32,644 nt of DNA from Pseudomonadota bacterium (GCA_051745265.1 JBNJDW010000002.1:1-32644); one strand, 5' to 3'; positions 17,651-26,302 are shown, counted from the first letter of the stretch. The notes: generated from the sequence alone by a model not told the origin. Program-made: numbers and translations.

Positions 17651-19840
17651 ATGCACATGAGCGAATGTTGTCACCATCACGAAAGCAAGGCCCCTGTTGA
17701 ATTGCCCAAAGGGGTTAATCCCGATGAGGTGACGTATACTTGCCCCATGCATCCCGAAATTCGCCAGCTGGGACCAGGGAACTGTCCGAAATGCGGTATG
17801 GCGCTGGAACCGGAAACAATTACCGGCGATGAGGGCGAGAATCCGGAGCTGACAGATTTCCGCCGCCGGTTCTGGGTCGGGTTGTTTTTGGCATTGCCGG
17901 TTTTTGTGCTGGAGATGGGCGGTCATGTTTTGAACCTTCATCAGTATATTGCCGGGCAGACTTCTAATATCATACAGATGGTTTTTGCAACGCCGGTGGT
18001 GCTATGGGCCGGCTGGCCGTTTTTCCAAAGGGGCTGGGCATCCGTGAAAAACTGGAATCTGAATATGTTTACCCTGATTGCGATGGGCACGGGCGTTGCC
18101 TGGATATACAGTATGGCCGGAACGCTGACACCGGGTATTTTTCCCGATACGTTTCAGAATGAGGATGGGTCGGTGCCGATCTATTTTGAGGCCGCCGCTG
18201 TGATTGTTGTGCTGGTCCTGCTGGGGCAGTTTCTTGAGCTGAAAGCCCGGGAACAGACCGGCGGCGCCATTCGGGCGTTGCTGGGGCTGGCCCCGAAAAC
18301 CGCGCGGCGTATTAATCAGGAAGGGCAGGATGAAGATGTGCCTTTGGAAGATATTCAGGAAGGCGATCTGCTGCGCGTCCGTCCGGGTGAAAAAGTGCCG
18401 CTGGATGGTGTTGTAACCGAAGGCCAGAGCGCGGTTGATGAATCCATGATCACCGGCGAATCCATGCCGGTTAAAAAACAACCGGACGGCAAAGTCATCG
18501 GCGGCACCATGAATCAGACCGGCAGCTTTGTCATGAAAGCCACCCGTGTGGGCAAAGATACAATGTTATCCCAGATCGTTCATATGGTCGCCGAAGCCCA
18601 GCGCAGCCGCGCACCGATACAGCGGCTGGCGGACATTGTCGCGGCCTGGTTTGTGCCGATTGTCATTGTGATTGCCATTGTCGCCTTTGCGGTCTGGATG
18701 TTTGTCGGACCGTCGCCGGCGTTCAGTTATGCGCTGATTGCCGCGGTCAGTGTCATGATTATTGCCTGCCCCTGCGCCCTTGGGCTGGCAACGCCGATGT
18801 CAATTATGGTGGGGGTTGGTAAGGGAGCCCAGTCCGGCGTGCTGATTAAAAATGCCGAAGCCCTGGAACAGATGAAAAAGGTTGATACGCTGGTTGTTGA
18901 TAAAACCGGAACGCTGACAGAAGGCAAGCCCACGGTTACCGATATTATTCCGGCAGAGGGTTTTGCAGAGGATCAATTGTTACAAATGGCAGCTTCGCTG
19001 GAGCAGGGCAGCGAACATCCGCTGGCCCATGCGATAATAATGGCTGCCAAAGAAAAATCTGTTGAGACGCAGAGGGTTGAAGGATTTGATTCTCCGACCG
19101 GAAAGGGTGTTATCGGTGAAATCAACGGTACGCATATTGCCCTTGGCAATGTCATGCTTATGGAGGACATCTCTGCCGATGTTTCAAGCCTATCCCAGAA
19201 GGCAGATGATCTGCGTGCTGACGGGGCGACGGTTATTTTCATCAGTGTTGATAAAAAAGCAGCGGGTCTGCTGGCGATTGCCGATCCGGTGAAAGACACA
19301 ACGCCGGATGCGATCCGTCAATTGCAGGAGATGGGCGTGCATGTTGTCATGCTGACCGGTGATAACCGCCGCACGGCCGAGGCTGTGGCAAAATCGCTGG
19401 GCATTGATGATGTCGAGGCTGAAATTCTGCCCGCAGATAAAAGCCGGATTGTTAAAAAGCTCCGCGAAGAAGGCCGCATTGTTGCCATGGCCGGGGACGG
19501 TACCAATGATGCACCGGCGCTGGCGGCGGCGGATGTTGGTATTGCCATGGGCACGGGTACAGATGTCGCGATGGAAAGTGCCGGAATTACGTTGTTGAAA
19601 GGCGATTTGACCGGGATTGTCCGGGCGCGAAAACTATCAGTGGCGGTGATGAATAATATTCGCCAGAATCTGTTTTTTGCCTTTGTTTACAATACCGCAG
19701 GCGTACCGATTGCCGCCGGGGTGCTTTACCCGTTCTTTGGTATTCTGCTGTCACCGATTATCGCAGCCGCGGCAATGTCGCTGTCCTCAGTCAGTGTGAT
19801 TGCCAATGCCTTGCGGTTGAAGCTTGTACGTTTTAAATAA
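17651..19840 (+). CDS. copA: Cu(I)-translocating P1B-1-type ATPase (CopA-like) lacking a classical HMA domain
   Basis: 729 aa. Motifs present are TGES, CPC ([12 protein letters not shown]), [17 protein letters not shown]...P in TM5 (FVYNTAGVP) and MSLSS in TM6. The N-terminus carries CCHHH plus a CPMHP...CPKCGM module in place of MxCxxC. Confidence 0.92.
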   Translation: MHMSECCHHHESKAPVELPKGVNPDEVTYTCPMHPEIRQLGPGNCPKCGMALEPETITGDEGENPELTDFRRRFWVGLFLALPVFVLEMGGHVLNLHQYIAGQTSNIIQMVFATPVVLWAGWPFFQRGWASVKNWNLNMFTLIAMGTGVAWIYSMAGTLTPGIFPDTFQNEDGSVPIYFEAAAVIVVLVLLGQFLELKAREQTGGAIRALLGLAPKTARRINQEGQDEDVPLEDIQEGDLLRVRPGEKVPLDGVVTEGQSAVDESMITGESMPVKKQPDGKVIGGTMNQTGSFVMKATRVGKDTMLSQIVHMVAEAQRSRAPIQRLADIVAAWFVPIVIVIAIVAFAVWMFVGPSPAFSYALIAAVSVMIIACPCALGLATPMSIMVGVGKGAQSGVLIKNAEALEQMKKVDTLVVDKTGTLTEGKPTVTDIIPAEGFAEDQLLQMAASLEQGSEHPLAHAIIMAAKEKSVETQRVEGFDSPTGKGVIGEINGTHIALGNVMLMEDISADVSSLSQKADDLRADGATVIFISVDKKAAGLLAIADPVKDTTPDAIRQLQEMGVHVVMLTGDNRRTAEAVAKSLGIDDVEAEILPADKSRIVKKLREEGRIVAMAGDGTNDAPALAAADVGIAMGTGTDVAMESAGITLLKGDLTGIVRARKLSVAVMNNIRQNLFFAFVYNTAGVPIAAGVLYPFFGILLSPIIAAAAMSLSSVSVIANALRLKLVRFK

Positions 19841-19878
19841 ATGCTTATTGTTAATAGAAATCACAGGGAGTGTTTATT

Positions 19879-20223
19879 ATGGCGGTTGCGTTTCAGGAAA
19901 CACTGGCCCTTATTTTATTGGCGATGATTTTTGGCGGGGTTGCTTTGGCCGGTGCCTATGTGCTGGTTTTAAATTGTTTCTTTAAAGAATTGCGTGAAAG
20001 AGAGCCGGAGGTTCATCAGAAGATCGGTAATCCCGGTCTAACCAATATGGTGTTTTTACCTTTTATAAAATTCAGAAAGTTTTACGCCTTTTATCCGGTT
20101 TTAAAACAGCGCCGCCACAGCGATTATAAATACGCAGGCAAAGCTTATTTATTGTTGAATCTGGGGTTGGGGTATTGTGCCGTTGTCTTTTTGGTTGTTA
20201 TTGCGCAGATTGCTATACTTTAA
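19879..20223 (+). CDS. Hypothetical small membrane protein
   Basis: ORF track 19870..20223. ATG 19879 is preferred because the SD AGGGAG lies 8 nt upstream. Two hydrophobic helices flank a basic loop. I recognised no family. Confidence 0.45.
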   Translation: MAVAFQETLALILLAMIFGGVALAGAYVLVLNCFFKELREREPEVHQKIGNPGLTNMVFLPFIKFRKFYAFYPVLKQRRHSDYKYAGKAYLLLNLGLGYCAVVFLVVIAQIAIL

Positions 20224-20238
20224 AGATATTTTTATCAC

Positions 20239-22257
20239 TTAGACCAAATCGCGCTTAATAACTTCGTCCCAGTTATCGGAAAAAATCCGGCGGTTTTTTT
20301 CATAGGCATCCAATGTGGCGTGAATATAGAAATTCTCGGCATCTGAGGTCAGTTCCGTGCGGGTGATAATCGAAACCTCCCAATCATCACGACGGAAAGC
20401 GCGTTCTGTATAACTGATGCCGCACAGGGAATTAAAATCACTGTCACGGAAACTGTATTGTTCTTCGGTACTGCGGCGCAGGGTCAGATTGATCTCTGGA
20501 ATATGAAAGCTGCCATTGTCATTCAGCACCTCAAGCGTTGATTTGTTTTCAACCAGATCACGGACAACACGCCAGCTGTGGCGTGGTTCGGTTTGTTGCT
20601 GGGTTACAAGTTCGGCTGCACCTTCGGGTGCGCCGAAAGGCCGTAACGCGGTTTCTTCATATGCCGGGCGTTCGGGGATATACAGCCGACTTCCGGATGT
20701 CCGCAAGGTCAGGCAGACCGGTTCCGGCGGCGCCCAGGCCAGCGGAAAATATGTGCTGGAGACCGCCAGTCTGAGTTTATGACCTGCCGGTATCCGCTGC
20801 GCCATACCGTTTAAGGGAACCCTGACGCGATAAAAACGGCCCGGTTCCAGCGGTTCAGGATTTTCATGGCTGTTACGGTGGGTCAGGTTCAGAAGGCCGT
20901 AGGTGATCCGCGTTGCCCGGCCATCGGGCATGATATCAGATAACCGCACCACCACCTGGGCAACGGGTTTATCGGCAGCGACCTCCAGTTCAACTACCGG
21001 GCTGCCGAGGATCTCCATTTCCTCACTTAATTGGTCTGTGTCAAAAATAAGCGCGCCGCCATCTTCTTCGCGCTGATCATGCGGTAAATCCGGTAAAGCA
21101 GAATAAGAGCACCATTTTCCGGCAAACATACCGACGGATAGGGGCGATTGGATGCTTTCCTCTATATCGATAATGACGTCTTCTTCTTCGGTCAAATGGC
21201 GATAGCCCAGACCAAAACAGCGTTCTTTTATATTTGACGACGGCCAGACGGTTTCGGTCACCCAGCGACCGGGACGATCCTGATAGGAGGTCGCCGGCGG
21301 CATCGGATCCTGCATCCAGACGCGCAACATCGGGTCCTGATCAATACCGGTATCATCGCCCTTCAACCAGTGGTCAAACCAGCGCAGAACTTCCTGTAGA
21401 AAGCCCGTAGCCGGACCCGGAATGCCCATATGCGGATAACGGTGCCCCCAGGGGCCGATAAGCCCCCGACGCGGCACTTCAAGATGTTCAAGCAGCCGGA
21501 AAATGGCATTGGTATAGCCGTCTGTCCAGCCGCCGACCGCCATGACCGGACATTTGATCTGACTATAATCTTCACAGACGGAGCCTGTTTTCCAAAAATC
21601 ATCACGGTGTTGGTGTTCCAGCCAGTTTTTCAGCCATAGTCCGCTGCCTTTCAGGCGGTCCAGCCACATTTCGCGCCAGCGTTCACCGATAAGCTCTGGA
21701 TCAGGCGGCAGGCTGTTAAAGGCAAACATGACCGTTGCTTCTGACAGGTGGTCCCCCAAAAGACAGCCGCCCATATAATGCATGTTATCTTCATACTGAT
21801 CATCAGACGCGCAGCAGGAAATAATCGCCTTGAGCGCCTCGGGCTGGCGGGCGGCCAGTTGAAGTGAATTAAACCCGCCCCAGGAAATGCCCATCATACC
21901 GAGATTACCGTTACACCAGTCCTGTTGCGCGATCCAGTTAATGACCGCAACACCATCGGATAATTCCTGTTCGGTATATTCATCGGTCAGAATGCCGTCA
22001 GATTCCCCGCTGCCGCGCATATCAACACGAATGCAGGCATAACCATGTCCGGCCAGATAAGGATGGTTTACAGCATCCCGGGCGCGGGTCATGTCCCGTT
22101 TGCGGTAGGGCAGATATTCCAGAATAGCGGGCACCGGATGTGTTTCGGCATCTTCCGGCAACCAGATTTTTGCACTGACCATAGCGCCATCGGGTAGCGG
22201 AATAAAAAAATGTTCTATGACGCGGGTCTTGTGCGGAAAAGTATCAATATGTTGCAC
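20239..22257 (-). CDS. CocE/NonD family alpha/beta hydrolase (peptidase S15, X-Pro dipeptidyl-peptidase-like)
   Basis: The ORF track starts at 22443, but that extension overlaps the upstream gene. GTG 22257 follows the SD AAGGAGGA and gives 672 aa. The N-terminal segment EYLPYRKRD and the nucleophile elbow GISWGG are present, with a large C-terminal beta-sandwich region typical of CocE/NonD. Confidence 0.85.
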   Translation of the reverse strand: MQHIDTFPHKTRVIEHFFIPLPDGAMVSAKIWLPEDAETHPVPAILEYLPYRKRDMTRARDAVNHPYLAGHGYACIRVDMRGSGESDGILTDEYTEQELSDGVAVINWIAQQDWCNGNLGMMGISWGGFNSLQLAARQPEALKAIISCCASDDQYEDNMHYMGGCLLGDHLSEATVMFAFNSLPPDPELIGERWREMWLDRLKGSGLWLKNWLEHQHRDDFWKTGSVCEDYSQIKCPVMAVGGWTDGYTNAIFRLLEHLEVPRRGLIGPWGHRYPHMGIPGPATGFLQEVLRWFDHWLKGDDTGIDQDPMLRVWMQDPMPPATSYQDRPGRWVTETVWPSSNIKERCFGLGYRHLTEEEDVIIDIEESIQSPLSVGMFAGKWCSYSALPDLPHDQREEDGGALIFDTDQLSEEMEILGSPVVELEVAADKPVAQVVVRLSDIMPDGRATRITYGLLNLTHRNSHENPEPLEPGRFYRVRVPLNGMAQRIPAGHKLRLAVSSTYFPLAWAPPEPVCLTLRTSGSRLYIPERPAYEETALRPFGAPEGAAELVTQQQTEPRHSWRVVRDLVENKSTLEVLNDNGSFHIPEINLTLRRSTEEQYSFRDSDFNSLCGISYTERAFRRDDWEVSIITRTELTSDAENFYIHATLDAYEKNRRIFSDNWDEVIKRDLV

Positions 22258-22267
22258 AAGTCCTCCT

Positions 22268-23560
22268 TTATATTTCCAGATGTCCGTTATCACTGAATTC
22301 AAGCGGGATACGCGGGACCAGCCGGCGATAACAATTTTGTAATTCCTCTGCGGACTCAGCGCCGATCCAGACATCACCGATATGGTAACAATAGACCGGT
22401 TGCTCTGGTAATTCTGATAACTGATCGCCCTGCTTAACGCCAAGCTCGATCAGGGCATCATTGAATTCTTTTGATAAGGCTTCAATTTCTTCGGCGCTGG
22501 GCATGTGACTAACCTTGGCATCACCATGTTTGCTGAGATAAAATTTAGCAGCAACCTTACAGGAACCGCTTTCATGCGGAAAATGCGGTTCATGGCCCAA
22601 AGCAACACTGACGGCAATTTCATGATTGGACATGCCGTCCACTTTGCGGAACATTTCACAATGTGATTGGGAAATCCGTGCGTTGACTTCAATAATCCAG
22701 AGTTTGTCGGCAGCGGCATTCCATTGGAATTCAACATTAAAGCAGCCGTTATCAAAGCCGACCTGCTCCAGAATTAACCGGCAGGCTTCATGGCTCTTTT
22801 TCTCCAGCCACGGGGGCAGATCAGCGGGGTATTTTAGCCCGGCCACCGTTTTGCCGTTATCCGTGAAAAACATGTCAAACAGGCCATGGATTTTCATCTG
22901 ACCATTCAGAACATAGCCTTCGGGGGCGAACTGGTTACCGCTTATGATGCCTTCGGCAATGGCGTGGTAGCCGCCGATGCCTTTGATTTCATCCGGCAGT
23001 TCAGCATGTTTCAGGCACGCATCAAAGGCCTGACCAAGTTCGCCGATATGTTCGCGCATTTGCTGTAATGCGTTGTCAAGCTGGCTACGGTTTTGAATGC
23101 GAAAGCCCAGTAATGAGGCAAATCCCTTCACCGGTTTTAACCAGAACGGAAAATCCAGACTGATTTTGTCAGCGGCTTTGGGGTCAAAGGGATCGACGGC
23201 TTCAAATTCAGGGATTAAATCCGGGACAACACGCTGTTGTTCCAACCGGGCCCAGTATTTATGCTCACATTTCAGCACTGATTCAAGCGATGGTGCCGGC
23301 AGGCCGTATTCCGCGGCCAGTACAGGGGCAAGACAGCTGGACGGAAAATCCCAGTGACAGACAAAGGCATCAGGTTTCAGGCCGGAGGTTTCAATTTGTT
23401 GCCGGGCACGTTGTAAAAGATCATCAAAGCCAAGATGTTGTTCAATAAGTTCTTCCGTGCTCAGCAGAGAAATAAAATTATAATCCTCGGCATGATCGAT
23501 GGTGTCAAGTTCATCCCGCTGCCAGTCAAGCATTCCAAATACATAAATATTCTTAGCCAT
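22268..23560 (-). CDS. ATP-grasp domain protein (putative carboxylate-amine ligase)
   Basis: 430 aa. The central region fits the ATP-grasp pattern (FPFWLKPVKGFASLLGFRI, AIAEGIISGNQF, FNVEFQW...LWIIEVNARISQ). Its TAA stop (22268-22270) lies inside the SD of the downstream hydrolase gene. Confidence 0.8.
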   Translation of the reverse strand: MAKNIYVFGMLDWQRDELDTIDHAEDYNFISLLSTEELIEQHLGFDDLLQRARQQIETSGLKPDAFVCHWDFPSSCLAPVLAAEYGLPAPSLESVLKCEHKYWARLEQQRVVPDLIPEFEAVDPFDPKAADKISLDFPFWLKPVKGFASLLGFRIQNRSQLDNALQQMREHIGELGQAFDACLKHAELPDEIKGIGGYHAIAEGIISGNQFAPEGYVLNGQMKIHGLFDMFFTDNGKTVAGLKYPADLPPWLEKKSHEACRLILEQVGFDNGCFNVEFQWNAAADKLWIIEVNARISQSHCEMFRKVDGMSNHEIAVSVALGHEPHFPHESGSCKVAAKFYLSKHGDAKVSHMPSAEEIEALSKEFNDALIELGVKQGDQLSELPEQPVYCYHIGDVWIGAESAEELQNCYRRLVPRIPLEFSDNGHLEI

Positions 23561-23683
23561 GTTTGTATCCCTATATTGCCTGAGGCTTTTGTTTCTACGC
23601 TTGTGTCTACAAACTTAACCGCAGTTTAAAAGTTCCGCTTTGGCTGATAGGGGGCAGGATACAAAGAGAATTTTATATGCGTA

Positions 23684-24064
23684 TCATTCCGTATTTTCCA
23701 ACACGTCTATGATTTCATCAACCGCAGTTTCCTGGCCATTAACGGAACTGGTATTATTTGCGGTTTGTTCACCGTTTGAATCCTGACCGACATCAATCGC
23801 ACCATTGGCGTTATTCATGATGATGCAGGTTGAATTGCCTTTGGCGGCGGTTTCATCGCCGGCACCGCAAACAATGGTATCGGCACTGACGGATCCGGGG
23901 CCGCCGTTGTTAGAGGGTTGCTGTTCAGCCTGACGCATGAGCGAGGCAATAGAGGCCCGGTTCTGCGGGGTAAAGCCCCAGGGTTTGGCATTCATTTGTG
24001 CCTGCGTTTCGGCAACAGGGGTGAATAGAAAAGCAGCGGATAGAAAAGCAATTGAATATTTCAT
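23684..24064 (-). CDS. Hypothetical secreted protein (126 aa), last gene of the csgG-like operon
   Basis: The signal peptide is MKYSIAFLSAAFLFTPVAETQA. The mature N-terminus reads QMNAKPWGF. The body is rich in Asn/Gly/Thr/Asp and has two Cys. SD AAGGAGA lies 6 nt upstream of the ATG. Confidence 0.6.
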   Translation of the reverse strand: MKYSIAFLSAAFLFTPVAETQAQMNAKPWGFTPQNRASIASLMRQAEQQPSNNGGPGSVSADTIVCGAGDETAAKGNSTCIIMNNANGAIDVGQDSNGEQTANNTSSVNGQETAVDEIIDVLENTE

Positions 24065-24077
24065 GATAATTCTCCTT

Positions 24078-24119
24078 ATAAAAAGAAAGGGGAGAAGAAG
24101 CCTTGGCCGCTTCTCCCGC
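24078..24119 (-). terminator. Terminator/attenuator-like hairpin between the 341-aa and 126-aa genes
   Basis: On the minus strand GGGAGAAG(C) pairs with (G)CTTCTCCC, with one bulge. TTTCTTTTTAT follows immediately, and then the SD of the 126-aa gene. Confidence 0.5.
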
Positions 24120-24142
24120 TTTCGATTGATGAAAACTGGGTA

Positions 24143-25168
24143 TTAGTCCAGTTCTGGTCCATTCAGTGTCATGCTAAGGTTATTGCCGATAGCTGTTGCG
24201 GCAGAGTTAACCAATGGTCCGTCAACAACGCCCAGATTATCATAGTTATTAACGGTGATATCTGAAACGGCTGACGTCGCTGTGACATCTGCATAAGAGG
24301 CCTGTGTGACATCAGCGATCGCGAAGGTATCTGCATCCGTCGCAGGATTCAGCGTGATATCCATGTTATTGGCAACGCTGGTCGCGGTGCTGTCAACACT
24401 GGCATTCAGGATATCATTAACTGTTGATGTCGCTGTTACCTGTGCTGGTTCCACCATGCCTTGAAGGCCGCCGGACAGCAGAGAGGCCATCATGTCAATG
24501 TTAAGGTTGCCACCTTCTTCATCAGACGGGATATCACCGATGTCACCGGTTTCAGCATCCTCTGCGAAGCCGCCAAAGGTGAATTGTCCGTCATGCAGTT
24601 GAAGCGCTGCTGCGGTTTCAAGCTGCTGGTTGTTGCCAACGGCAGTTGCGGCAGATTCAACGGCGGGCAGGTCAACACCATCCAGGGTGCCGCCGGGTAC
24701 GAACTCAACATCGCCAAAAACATCAAAGTTGGCGGTCATTTCATTGCCTGTTTCATCAACCGTACCACCTGTCATTTCAGCGCTCAGTTGTTCGCCTTCA
24801 TTTGGTCCGGCAGGACTAATGACATCAATACCGTCACCATTCTCATAATCAGAGCTGAAGGTAAAACTTTCATCAATAGTCACAAAGCCATTTTCATCGG
24901 CTTCACCCGGTGCATTGTTATCAATGCCGGTGACAGATGATGTGGCAATAACATCACCAACCTGAAGCTGGGTCTTTTCCATGACGATCAGGCCGGCAGG
25001 AACAAGTTCCAGATTGAGATCAAGATTGGTATTGAGGTCACCATCAACATCCTGATTCCAGTCCCAGTTCACATTCTCAAAGGCCTGAGCCGGGCTGGTA
25101 GAAACACCGAGTGCAAGCGCTGCCACGGCAACGGTCGCAAACAGTTTAGTCGTCTTTAGTTTTTTCAT
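24143..25168 (-). CDS. Secreted, extremely acidic repeat protein (candidate CsgG-dependent substrate)
   Basis: 341 aa. The signal peptide KLFATVAVAALALGVSTSPAQA is cleaved after AQA. The mature chain has one Lys, no Arg and many Asp/Glu. Two motifs each occur three times (V-x-ATS-x-V-x-x-I and S-x-AT-[AS]-[VI]-[GA]-NN-x-x-[LIM]-[ET]-L). SD AAGGAGA lies 8 nt upstream of the ATG. The gene overlaps the csgG-like gene by 23 nt. Confidence 0.75.
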   Translation of the reverse strand: MKKLKTTKLFATVAVAALALGVSTSPAQAFENVNWDWNQDVDGDLNTNLDLNLELVPAGLIVMEKTQLQVGDVIATSSVTGIDNNAPGEADENGFVTIDESFTFSSDYENGDGIDVISPAGPNEGEQLSAEMTGGTVDETGNEMTANFDVFGDVEFVPGGTLDGVDLPAVESAATAVGNNQQLETAAALQLHDGQFTFGGFAEDAETGDIGDIPSDEEGGNLNIDMMASLLSGGLQGMVEPAQVTATSTVNDILNASVDSTATSVANNMDITLNPATDADTFAIADVTQASYADVTATSAVSDITVNNYDNLGVVDGPLVNSAATAIGNNLSMTLNGPELD

Positions 25169-26021
25169 GAGATTTTTCTCCTTGTTTAGATTGTAGCTGC
25201 GATAAATAATTGGACATATGATCGTTTTTCACGAGGTCGCAGCTGTTGGCCTCGGGAAGTCCAAGGAATTCCGTCATGATTTGGTAAACTGCCATTTCCA
25301 CGACGGATCTAACGCCAAGCTGAAGCGGTTCATTTTGAATCGCGCCGGCGTTAAATTCGACCAGTGTATCTCCGAAAAAGCGGAAGACATTGGCCTCGAC
25401 CTCATGGCCGAAAATCTGTTTTTGTAAGCTTGAAACATGCTTGATCGCAAAGTTCCGGGAATCAATAACCCGAAGATCAAGGGCAACATTTATAATGACA
25501 GTTCGGGCGCCGCCGCCGATCCCTTTGACAAAAAGCTGGCTGCCGCCGCTGACGATATTGTGATTAAGCTCGGTCAGGGCCCCGACAACGATAAAATCGC
25601 TGGCCGGAAGCTTACCGTAATCCGCAATACTCCGGTTGAGACGGTTTTGTTCAGCCAGTTTGACTTCGGCCAACGGAATACGCAGATCAAGACGCTCGAC
25701 CATATGAACCTTATCAGTTTTGGAGAGCGCACTGATGACCATTTCGGACACCCCTTGTGTCAGGGCATGACCGTTTTCATCAAAGTTAATCTGCCCCGTT
25801 TTGTCCGAGACTTCACCGACAGAAAAGACGGGAAGGTTATTGGCAGGAATTTCTCCAAGACTATCAAGGCATTGACTGTAAGGTGTATCGTTGTTGGTCA
25901 CCGCAAAGGAATATGATGGTTCCACCCCTGTTATGGGATGAGAGTTCACCGAAGTACATCCGGTCAAAGTCAAGACGCCGAGAAACAGCGATAGATATTT
26001 TAATGGCTTTGAATTAGGCAC
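25146..26021 (-). CDS. csgG: CsgG/HfaB family outer-membrane lipoprotein (type VIII secretion channel component)
   Basis: 291 aa with a GTG start after the SD AAGGAAG. The lipobox is LTLTGC. Blocks are collinear with E. coli CsgG as I recall it: FSVGEVSDKTGQ vs VYNIQDETGQ, IVSGGSQLFVKGIGGGAR...VALDLRVID vs VKSGGVGARYFGIGAD...IAVNLRVVN, EVEANVFRF vs EVQAGVFRF, and NEPLQLGVRSVVEMAVYQI vs NEPVMLCLMSAIETGVIFL. Confidence 0.88.
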   Translation of the reverse strand: MPNSKPLKYLSLFLGVLTLTGCTSVNSHPITGVEPSYSFAVTNNDTPYSQCLDSLGEIPANNLPVFSVGEVSDKTGQINFDENGHALTQGVSEMVISALSKTDKVHMVERLDLRIPLAEVKLAEQNRLNRSIADYGKLPASDFIVVGALTELNHNIVSGGSQLFVKGIGGGARTVIINVALDLRVIDSRNFAIKHVSSLQKQIFGHEVEANVFRFFGDTLVEFNAGAIQNEPLQLGVRSVVEMAVYQIMTEFLGLPEANSCDLVKNDHMSNYLSQLQSKQGEKSHEKTKDD

Positions 26022-26147
26022 AAGGACTTCCTTTCAAAAATTGTTCAGGTTTATTCAGATTTTTTAAAACTCGTGGTCAATCAACGGGGGCTTACCATGC
26101 GCCGTTCCCGGCGAATACGGGGTAGTGTTCTTCTATAATGGGATATG

Positions 26148-26199
26148 CTTTCGGGTCTTATTGCCCGAAAGGAGTACTTCCTTTGAAGGAAGTTTTTTC
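26148..26199 (+). terminator. Orphan tandem hairpin plus T-run (intrinsic-terminator-like; possible small RNA 3' end or leader attenuator)
   Basis: Hairpin 1 is CTTTCGGG (26148-55) / CCCGAAAG (26164-71). Hairpin 2 is ACTTCCTT (26176-83) / AAGGAAGT (26186-93), followed by TTTTTTCTTT. A TATAAT hexamer lies at 26134-26139. No plus-strand gene ends upstream of it. Confidence 0.45.
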
Positions 26200-26302
26200 T
26201 TTGGTGGTCTGTAATTGATTGTGGCTTTGGGGCTCTATTTTAAATGTTAGTGAAGGGCGCGATTGATGTCCCGCCTGTTATTTATATCAAGGAGGTTTCC
26301 CG

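Noticed and set aside
7327-19840. Idea that the copper genes (cusBA, copA) plus the intervening catabolic module form a mobile genomic island
   Set aside because: I saw no integrase, transposase, IS ends, flanking tRNA or direct repeats. The interruption of the copper genes by the doe-like module may just be ordinary gene order.
22258-22443. 62-codon N-terminal extension of the CocE/NonD ORF
   Set aside because: It overlaps the 3' end of the ATP-grasp gene in another frame. A strong SD followed by GTG at 22257 fits the family N-terminus.
24461-24940. 159-aa plus-strand ORF and 72-78-aa ORFs inside the acidic repeat protein gene
   Set aside because: They are antisense or alternate frames of a gene that has its own signal peptide, an RBS and operon context.
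26022-26302. Possible c-di-GMP or other known riboswitch in the csgG intergenic region; short ORFs of 13 and 26 codons
   Set aside because: I could not find the conserved cores I remember for GEMM-type riboswitches. The mini-ORFs lack ribosome-binding sites. Only the hairpin/terminator-like structure is retained, as a finding.
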